IMG/VR virus record: IMGVR_UViG_3300025389_000038
Span: 1-41,730 of that record
Strand: one strand, 5' to 3'
DNA: 41,730 nucleotides
Source of the DNA: a virus
Taxonomy: Duplodnaviria > Caudoviricetes
The notes below the pieces were generated by a model, which was not told where the DNA came from, did no database searches, and worked only from the letters and a program-made list of their open reading frames with translations. Numbering within the stretch: the first letter of the stretch is position 1; the number at the start of each line of letters is the position of its first letter. Positions 35,051 to 41,730 of this stretch are shown here, in pieces. The translations under genes and the position numbers were made by a program.

Positions 35051-35692
35051 ATGCAGCCCCCACAGTCGCTGTCCGACTACATCACGGAATGCCAACGATT
35101 GCTGCATGATGCAAACGGTAATTTCTATTCAACAAGCGAATTAACCGATTACATCAACGATGCAAGGTTTAGGCTCGTGCGTGACACAGGTTGTCTACGT
35201 ACTTACCAAACATCAAGCGTTTCTGCTAATCAGGAAGTAATCGCTACCTCATCTTTGCCCAGCGGCACAAACACGCTGGACATTCTCAACTTCAATTTGA
35301 TCTGGGGCAACACCCGTATTGCTTTGCAATACCTGCCTTGGACTGACTTCAACGCTCGACTGCGCTACTACCAAAATTATGTTGGCAGACCTATTGCCTA
35401 TTCTATGTATGGGCAAACCAACATTTACCTTGGTCCTGTGCCAGATCAAACATACAGTATCGAACTTGATACAGTTGTTTTGCCAACAGCGTTGAGCAAC
35501 TCATCTCCAACAGAAACCATCCCGCTGCCGTACACCACGCCGGTGTCGTTCTACGCCTGCTACAAAGCAAAGCACAAAGAACAAGCGTTTGGCGAGGCCG
35601 AAATTTTCATGCAAGAGTACACCAAGCAAGTGCAAGCCGTTCTTGCGTCTGTGTTTACTCGTCGCATCACAACACCATACTTGATGGGGTAA
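35051..35692 (+). CDS. Head-tail adaptor / tail tubular protein A-like
   Basis: ELTDYINDA, GRPIAYS, IYLGPVPDQTYSIE, FYACYKA motifs; GGAG SD. Confidence 0.7.
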   Translation: MQPPQSLSDYITECQRLLHDANGNFYSTSELTDYINDARFRLVRDTGCLRTYQTSSVSANQEVIATSSLPSGTNTLDILNFNLIWGNTRIALQYLPWTDFNARLRYYQNYVGRPIAYSMYGQTNIYLGPVPDQTYSIELDTVVLPTALSNSSPTETIPLPYTTPVSFYACYKAKHKEQAFGEAEIFMQEYTKQVQAVLASVFTRRITTPYLMG

Positions 35693-35694
35693 GC

Positions 35695-35904
35695 ATGGAC
35701 ACGCATTACATCATTGAAGGATTGTTTGCGTTGTGTGGCTTTTTTGGCGGGTACACCGTTAACAGTATGGCTCGTAGTGTTGAAAAGATTGAAGACAAGT
35801 TAGACCGGTTCGTCATAAAAGAAGATTACAAAGACGATCTGCACGACATCAAAGAGATGCTCAACAAGATATTTGAAAAACTCGACAACAAAGTTGACAA
35901 GTAA
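35695..35904 (+). CDS. Small membrane-anchored coiled-coil protein
   Basis: N-terminal hydrophobic helix; FVIKEDYKDD..IFEKLDNKVDK. Confidence 0.6.
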   Translation: MDTHYIIEGLFALCGFFGGYTVNSMARSVEKIEDKLDRFVIKEDYKDDLHDIKEMLNKIFEKLDNKVDK

Positions 35905-35912
35905 GGAATCAC

Positions 35913-36641
35913 ATGACCGCTTCAACCGCTCTTACCCCAACCAACACATTTGGTGGATTGACGGGTTCAATTGCGTTGAACCTGTTAGATGGCAACTACA
36001 CTCAGATTGCCACGTTCCTAAACAGCACCAACAACTACAGCAATTACGTTGCTGATACTGGCGCTGCCAACGCTTATGTTGCGACTTTCCCAACAAGCAT
36101 TACAGCCACGCTCACCGCAGGCTTGATGATTATTGTCAAGATTGCCAACACCAATACTGGCGCGTCTACCATCAACGTCAACAGTCTTGGCGCTAAAAAC
36201 ATTTATAACCCCAACCTCACAACATTGACCGCAGGCGCTCTTGTTGCTAACGAGTTGGCTGTGTTGATATATGACGGTACGCAATTTATTTTGTTGACCA
36301 CATTGGCGTTGAACAACCCCATCATCACCAATTACACCGAGACTCTTTACGCTATTGGTAACAGTTCTACAGCCATTACGCTGTCGTTGAGCAACGGTAC
36401 TGTGCAAACGGTGACGTTGACCGGTAACTGTACGTTCACCATGCCTACTGCTGCGGCAGGCAAGTCATTCATTTTGATTGTCAGTACCGGTGCGGGTGCG
36501 TTTACAGGTACGTTCACAAGTGTGAAGTGGCCTAACAACACAGCGCCTACATTGACCACCACGGCATCACGCTGGGACATTCTGGCGTTTTTTAGTGATG
36601 GCACAAACTGGTACGGCAACTACGCACAGGCGTTCGCATAA
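35913..36641 (+). CDS. Tail fibre / fibre adaptor protein (242 aa)
   Basis: DTGAANAY, NTGASTINVNSLGAKNI, YDGTQF; C-terminal KWPNNTAPTLTT..DILAFFSDGTNWYG domain paralogous to 361-1587. Confidence 0.75.
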   Translation: MTASTALTPTNTFGGLTGSIALNLLDGNYTQIATFLNSTNNYSNYVADTGAANAYVATFPTSITATLTAGLMIIVKIANTNTGASTINVNSLGAKNIYNPNLTTLTAGALVANELAVLIYDGTQFILLTTLALNNPIITNYTETLYAIGNSSTAITLSLSNGTVQTVTLTGNCTFTMPTAAAGKSFILIVSTGAGAFTGTFTSVKWPNNTAPTLTTTASRWDILAFFSDGTNWYGNYAQAFA

Positions 36642-38983
36642 TGTTTGCATCCAAAGACTTGTTCTTTACGCCACCCGGCGGTGGCTACACACTTAATCGC
36701 AGCTTGCGGTTGCGTTCGTCTGCGTCTGCTTATTTAAATAGAACTTTTGGCACTGCAACATCTCAATCAATTTTTACTTTTTCTGCTTGGGTAAAACGAG
36801 GAAAACTTGGTGCTACGCAAACTTTATTTGGTTGCAGCACCTCTCAGTTTGATGGGATTTTATTTAATACATCAGACCAATTAGTTGTTTACAGCAATGG
36901 CGGTGTTGGTTTAACAACTTCTGCCGTTTATCGTGACCCATCTGCTTGGTACCACCTTGTTTATTTGCATAATGGAACATCAAATACTATTTATATTAAT
37001 GGTGTTAGTGTTGGAACGGGCACTTTTTCTGAAACAATTTTAAATACAGCCAACTCACATATTATTGGTCAAAACAGTAGTTCAAATTATTTTGACGGTT
37101 ATCTCACCGAAATTAATTTTATCGACGGTCAAGCGCTGACACCATCATCGTTTGGCTCATTCAACTCAATAACAGGTGTGTGGCAACCTACCAAGTACGC
37201 AAGTACTTATGGGACTAACGGGTTCTATCTGAACTTCAACAACAATGCGTCCACCACAACGCTTGGCTACGATACTTCTGGCAACAGCAACAACTGGACA
37301 ACCAACAACATCTCTCTGACTGCTGGTGCAACATACGACAGCATGACAGATGTGCCAACGCTGACGAGTGCGACTGTTGCTAATTATTGTGTGTTGAATC
37401 CGTTAAATCACCTTGGAACAATTACGCCTTCCAACGGAAACTTGACTGTTATTGGGGCTGCTGACAACGCTCAAGTAAGTGGCACTATTGGTATGGATAC
37501 GGGTAAATGGTACTACGAACACACCATCACCGCCATTGGTGGAGAGCAATCGGTTGGAATTGGAGGTTCTCTTGCTCCATATTATGTTGGAGGAGGGTCA
37601 ACCCAATACGGTTACTATGCATTCAACGGAAATAAATATAACAATTTAACAAACACAGCATACGGGGCAACATTCACAACTGGCGACGTTATCGGTGTTG
37701 CTTATGATGCTGGCGCAGGGTCGTTGACGTTTTATAAAAACGGCGTGTCTCAAGGTGTTGCTTTTACGGGCATCACGGGAACAATGTACCCTCTTGTTGC
37801 AAGTAGAGCGACAGGTGGAACAAACCAAAGTAACCTTAACTTTGGTCAACAGCCGTTTGTTTACACCCCACCCACAGGTTTCGTGGCGCTGAACACATAC
37901 AACTTGCCAACGCCAACAATCAGCAATGGTGCTAACTACTTTGCTGCTACGACCTATACGGGTAACAATACTTCGCCAACATCAATTACTAACGGAGGAA
38001 ACAACACAATTGGAAAAACTTTTTATCCAGATTTAGTTTGGATTAAAGATAGAACAAGTGCATACAACCATGTGTTGCAAGACTCTGTTCGTGGTACAGG
38101 GGCATCTAAAAAATTAGCTTCGAATTTAACAGTAGCAGAAGGTGATGCAAGTACATTAGCGCCATATGGCGATGTTTCTGCATTTAATTCAAATGGATTT
38201 TCTTTAGAAGCAGGTTCAACTGATTCAAGACAAACTAACGCTAGTGGCGACGCTTATGTTGCTTGGCAATGGCAAGCAGGCGCTGGCTCATCATCATCCA
38301 ACACCAACGGCTCTATCACATCTACTGTAAGTGTTAATGCTACGGCTGGATTTAGCATCGTCACCTACACAGGCACAGGCTCTAACGCTACCGTGGGTCA
38401 TGGATTGGGTGTCCAACCTAAAATGGTCATCATTAAACAAAGAAATGCTGTAACAAATTGGGCGGTAAATCACTCTGGCATTTGGTCTACTGGTCAAGGC
38501 GTGATGTATTTAAATTTGACCAATGCAAGCGCTAATGATGCAACTTTCTGGAACTCTACAAACCCAACATCTTCTGTAATTTACTTAGGAACAAATGCTT
38601 CTGTAAACGGAAGCACTGGAACTTTTGTCGCTTACTGCTGGTCAGAAGTAGCAGGCTTCAGCAAGGCGTTTTCATATACAGGGAACGGAAGCACAGACGG
38701 AAGTTTTGTTTATTTAGGATTTCGTCCAAGAATGGTGTTGATTAAACGAACAGACTCAACAGGAAACTGGTATATCTGGGATACATCAAGAAACACATAC
38801 AACGTAGTTGGCGAAGAACTTTATCCAAACTTGTCAAACGCTGGATCAACAAATACAGACCTTGATTTGTTGTCAAACGGTTTCAAGATGAGAAGCACGG
38901 CGGCAGATTTCAATGCAAATGGCGGCAGCTATATTGGATTTGCTTGGGCAGAGAACCCTTTTAAACAATCTTTAGCGAGGTAA
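36641..38983 (+). CDS. Receptor-binding LamG/SPRY lectin tail protein, copy 2 (different N-terminus; possibly an assembly chimera)
   Basis: Identical to copy 1 except the first ~24 codons. Confidence 0.7.
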   Translation: MFASKDLFFTPPGGGYTLNRSLRLRSSASAYLNRTFGTATSQSIFTFSAWVKRGKLGATQTLFGCSTSQFDGILFNTSDQLVVYSNGGVGLTTSAVYRDPSAWYHLVYLHNGTSNTIYINGVSVGTGTFSETILNTANSHIIGQNSSSNYFDGYLTEINFIDGQALTPSSFGSFNSITGVWQPTKYASTYGTNGFYLNFNNNASTTTLGYDTSGNSNNWTTNNISLTAGATYDSMTDVPTLTSATVANYCVLNPLNHLGTITPSNGNLTVIGAADNAQVSGTIGMDTGKWYYEHTITAIGGEQSVGIGGSLAPYYVGGGSTQYGYYAFNGNKYNNLTNTAYGATFTTGDVIGVAYDAGAGSLTFYKNGVSQGVAFTGITGTMYPLVASRATGGTNQSNLNFGQQPFVYTPPTGFVALNTYNLPTPTISNGANYFAATTYTGNNTSPTSITNGGNNTIGKTFYPDLVWIKDRTSAYNHVLQDSVRGTGASKKLASNLTVAEGDASTLAPYGDVSAFNSNGFSLEAGSTDSRQTNASGDAYVAWQWQAGAGSSSSNTNGSITSTVSVNATAGFSIVTYTGTGSNATVGHGLGVQPKMVIIKQRNAVTNWAVNHSGIWSTGQGVMYLNLTNASANDATFWNSTNPTSSVIYLGTNASVNGSTGTFVAYCWSEVAGFSKAFSYTGNGSTDGSFVYLGFRPRMVLIKRTDSTGNWYIWDTSRNTYNVVGEELYPNLSNAGSTNTDLDLLSNGFKMRSTAADFNANGGSYIGFAWAENPFKQSLAR

Positions 38984-38986
38984 CTC

Positions 38987-39424
38987 ATGTTTTTACTAAA
39001 CGGACAACCACTCCAGATTGATGTGCCTTTCATGCACGACGGCACGGCTTATCCTGCCAACTGGTTACGGCTGACTTCTCTCGCTGAGAAAGAAGCCATC
39101 GGCATCACAGAAGTTGCAGACGAAACAATTGCGTATGACGATAGGTTTTACTGGGGTCACGACAATCCCAAAGACTTGGCAACTCTCAAAACCACATGGA
39201 CTGCTCAAGTCAAAGATACCGCCAACAAGTTGCTGGCTGAAAGCGATTGGATGGTCATTCGTAAAGTTGAACGCAACGTGGACATTCCTGCCGCAACCGT
39301 GACGTTTCGTGCTGCTGTCGTGACGGAAGTGGAACGATTAAAGACTGCGATTGCCGGCGCAACAGATGTGACTGCGTTTATTGCGGTTGTGACTGCTCAG
39401 AATTGGCCTGTAACAGGGGTGTGA
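38987..39424 (+). CDS. Tail fibre assembly chaperone-like protein (repeat copy)
   Basis: Identical to 3927-4364. Confidence 0.6.
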   Translation: MFLLNGQPLQIDVPFMHDGTAYPANWLRLTSLAEKEAIGITEVADETIAYDDRFYWGHDNPKDLATLKTTWTAQVKDTANKLLAESDWMVIRKVERNVDIPAATVTFRAAVVTEVERLKTAIAGATDVTAFIAVVTAQNWPVTGV

Positions 39425-39425
39425 C

Positions 39426-40205
39426 ATTGACCCTTTTAGCCTTCTCCTCTTGGCGCAAAGTGCTGTTAGCGCCATCCGATCTGGTTGCGAAATGCTCCAG
39501 CAGGGCAAGGCTGTCATTGACGAATTTAAAGGCGAGACTGAAGGACTTGTCAATCAAGTCAAAGAAACCGTCGAAACTGTCACAGGACTCTGGGAGTGGG
39601 CAAAAGGGTTATGGGAGAGCCTCACAGGACAACCCAAGAAACCCGCCCCTGCTGTTGTTGATGCTGCCGCTCCAGTTGCACCTGTTGCTCAAACCAAAAA
39701 GACCAAAAAACAACCTCAACCAGAACTCACCTACGAAGAATACAAAGCCAAATCAATTCACGATGTTTGTGAACAACTTAAAGTCTTTTTTGAAGCCCAG
39801 AGGCAATTGAAACAACATTGTCGTGAATTAGAAGAACAATCACTCACGACAGAAAAGATTGCCGATAGTGCAATCGACAGAATCGAGATTGAGACACAGT
39901 TGATCTCTTTGTCTACGCAGATCAGGGAAGCAATGTCATGGACACCAGAATCCCTTGGCCTGCAAGACATGTACAAGCGGTTTTTGCAAATGTACGATTT
40001 GATTTTGGAGGAGCAAGAATTTGATCGTCAAATGAAATTGAGAAAAGCCAGAATTGAGGAAGCAAAAAAATGGCAACTCAGAAACAGCCGAATAGACAGA
40101 CTTCTGTCAATCTTAGGGGTAACCCTAATGACAATTTGGATTTGGGGGCTTCTGTTCGGGCTGATTTGGCAGCAAAAGATGCAAACAGATTTTTGGTTGG
40201 ATTGA
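39426..40205 (+). CDS. Coiled-coil membrane protein (repeat copy)
   Basis: Identical to 4366-5145. Confidence 0.65.
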   Translation: MDPFSLLLLAQSAVSAIRSGCEMLQQGKAVIDEFKGETEGLVNQVKETVETVTGLWEWAKGLWESLTGQPKKPAPAVVDAAAPVAPVAQTKKTKKQPQPELTYEEYKAKSIHDVCEQLKVFFEAQRQLKQHCRELEEQSLTTEKIADSAIDRIEIETQLISLSTQIREAMSWTPESLGLQDMYKRFLQMYDLILEEQEFDRQMKLRKARIEEAKKWQLRNSRIDRLLSILGVTLMTIWIWGLLFGLIWQQKMQTDFWLD

Positions 40206-40348
40206 TCGTAATGGCGCTGGTTTTTGCGCTCTTGCTACCTCTGACGGTTCTCATGTATGTTGACATTTTGACTGTACGTGCAACCATACGAGCAGAGGCA
40301 AAAGAGTTGAGAAAATTGAAGCAAGAACTTAAAAAGGACAAAGAATGA
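40070..40348 (+). CDS. Single-pass membrane protein (repeat copy)
   Basis: Identical to 5010-5288. Confidence 0.6.
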   Translation: MATQKQPNRQTSVNLRGNPNDNLDLGASVRADLAAKDANRFLVGLIVMALVFALLLPLTVLMYVDILTVRATIRAEAKELRKLKQELKKDKE

Positions 40349-40779
40349 ATCCGTGGTTTTTAGCCGGCGCGATGGCAATGGTCATCAGTTCGTACTTTTA
40401 CGGGCATCACGAGGCTTACGTAGAGCAAGTTGCCGAGGTGCAGCGTTTACAACTCATTGAACAGCAAAAAGAAACCGAAATGCAACAGGCTGCACAGTCG
40501 CAGGCTGAACAACTCAGAAAGGCAAATCAAGATGCTCAGGCTCAAATTACTCATCTCCGCAGCGACATTGCTTCTGGCGAGTTGCGGCTTTCAATCGCCA
40601 CCCGCAGCGTACAAAGCAGCGAAAATGCCGGAACTGCCCCCGGAAATTCAGAAACAAGAGCCGAACTTGACCCAGAGGCTGCTCAATCTCTTGTCACCAT
40701 CGCGGGGGACGGCGACAATGCCATCAGAAAACTTAACGCCTGTGTCGATTTATACAACCAAGTGAGGAGTAAGCAATGA
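40345..40779 (+). CDS. Rz: Inner-membrane spanin (repeat copy)
   Basis: Identical to 5285-5719. Confidence 0.8.
   Translation: MNPWFLAGAMAMVISSYFYGHHEAYVEQVAEVQRLQLIEQQKETEMQQAAQSQAEQLRKANQDAQAQITHLRSDIASGELRLSIATRSVQSSENAGTAPGNSETRAELDPEAAQSLVTIAGDGDNAIRKLNACVDLYNQVRSKQ
40532..40765 (+). CDS. Rz1: Outer-membrane spanin lipoprotein (repeat copy)
   Basis: Identical to 5472-5705. Confidence 0.75.
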   Translation: MLRLKLLISAATLLLASCGFQSPPAAYKAAKMPELPPEIQKQEPNLTQRLLNLLSPSRGTATMPSENLTPVSIYTTK

Positions 40780-41003
40780 AGATCAACCTGAAAGCAATCG
40801 TTACCCTGATTGCTACTTTCTCCCTTATGGGAGTCATCATCAGCATGATTTGGATGTTTGTCCAAGCCGTGCTTGACCCCACCGTGGACGATAAAGTGGT
40901 GTTCGACATTGTTGGACCTGCCTTCCAATCCATCTGCGGTGGATTCCTTGGCCTGATTACAGGTATTCATATTGGAGAAAAGAAAAATGACGATGCTGAG
41001 TGA
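40776..41003 (+). CDS. Putative holin (repeat copy)
   Basis: Identical to 5716-5943. Confidence 0.6.
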   Translation: MKINLKAIVTLIATFSLMGVIISMIWMFVQAVLDPTVDDKVVFDIVGPAFQSICGGFLGLITGIHIGEKKNDDAE

Positions 41004-41445
41004 ACACTTCTCGTTGGATGAGGCTACCTATAGCGAAACCGCTGTGCGTATGCACATTGACAACCAACCTAGCACCCTTCAACTTGAAAACATGAAGGTC
41101 GCTGCATCTCACCTTGAGGCCGTCCGTGCCGTCACCGGTGCTTTGCGCGTCAACTCATGGCTGCGACTGCCTGCGGTCAACGAGGCCGTGGGTGGCAGCA
41201 AAATCAGTTCTCACATGGATGGCTGGGCTATTGATTGCTCATCCAATGCTCACACGCCCTACGAACTTTGCCAACTGGTCAAGAACGCAGGCATCAAGTT
41301 TGACCAAATGATTCACGAATATGGTCGCTGGATGCACATCTCGTTTGCGCCTGAAATGCGTAATCAAGAATTGACCATCTTCAAGCCAGAGGGCAAATAC
41401 AAGCCCGGTATCTTGACAGAAGCCGAGTATCACGCCCATGCCTAG
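40987..41445 (+). CDS. Peptidase M15A endolysin (repeat copy)
   Basis: Identical to 5927-6385. Confidence 0.85.
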   Translation: MTMLSEHFSLDEATYSETAVRMHIDNQPSTLQLENMKVAASHLEAVRAVTGALRVNSWLRLPAVNEAVGGSKISSHMDGWAIDCSSNAHTPYELCQLVKNAGIKFDQMIHEYGRWMHISFAPEMRNQELTIFKPEGKYKPGILTEAEYHAHA

Positions 41446-41668
41446 AAAGAAACGCCCTAACCTTTCTGTTGGTCGAGGAGAAAAACAGTCCGTTAGGGCG
41501 GGGGGTGGGCTTACCGCAAAAGGCCGCAAGAAGTACAACCGTGCAACTGGCAGCAATTTGAAAGCCCCCCAAAAATCTGGACCACGACACAAATCGTTTT
41601 GCGCCAGAAGCAAGAGTTGGACAGGGGAGAGGGGCAAGGCAGCACGTAAACGCTGGGGGTGCAGATAA
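41438..41668 (+). CDS. Small basic protein (repeat copy)
   Basis: Identical to 6378-6608. Confidence 0.7.
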   Translation: MPRKKRPNLSVGRGEKQSVRAGGGLTAKGRKKYNRATGSNLKAPQKSGPRHKSFCARSKSWTGERGKAARKRWGCR

Positions 41669-41730
41669 TGGCTGGTGTACAAGAGCAAAAGAAGGACTAC
41701 AAAGTCGCCAAAGACTTTGATGGCGTAAAC

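Larger units (their letters stand above)
36713..41730. repeat. Long direct repeat, copy 2, running to the window end
   Basis: Matches 1653-6670. Confidence 0.95.

Noticed and set aside
36713-41730. 5-kb repeat as a genuine terminal repeat or gene duplication
   Set aside because: It starts mid-gene and ends at the contig edge mid-gene with apparently perfect identity, which fits assembly wrap-around of a circular or permuted genome better.
1-41730. tRNA genes, integrase/att site, alternative genetic code
   Set aside because: No cloverleaf or integrase motifs recognised; genes are intact in the standard code and TAA, TGA and TAG all serve as stops.

Overview
The window is a near-complete genome of a tailed, podovirus-like dsDNA phage of a Gram-negative host (it has an Rz/Rz1 spanin pair); the gene content suggests an environmental betaproteobacterial phage, which is an inference. 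Bases ~1653-6670 recur at ~36713-41730 (offset 35,060), so the contig closes on itself as a ~35.06 kb circle. The two copies are preceded by different, paralogous tail-fibre adaptor genes, which points to either a collapsed assembly of two receptor-binding modules or a real module switch. The + strand arm encodes large terminase, portal, scaffold, major capsid, head/tail proteins, tail fibres with a LamG/SPRY lectin protein, a lysis cassette and probable ejection proteins. The - strand arm (25.0 to 17.9 kb) encodes GP88, small early proteins, a YqaJ exonuclease, a RecT-like annealase, an SSB-like protein and a PD-(D/E)XK nuclease. I recognise no integrase, repressor, DNA polymerase, primase, helicase or initiator. 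The main non-coding signals are (i) four regularly spaced palindromes matching the SlmA nucleoid-occlusion binding consensus in the divergent control region, and (ii) a consensus sigma70 promoter driving a C4/CI-like structured RNA plus a ~270-nt structured tract where a replication gene might be expected. All family assignments come from motif recognition by eye; no searches were run.
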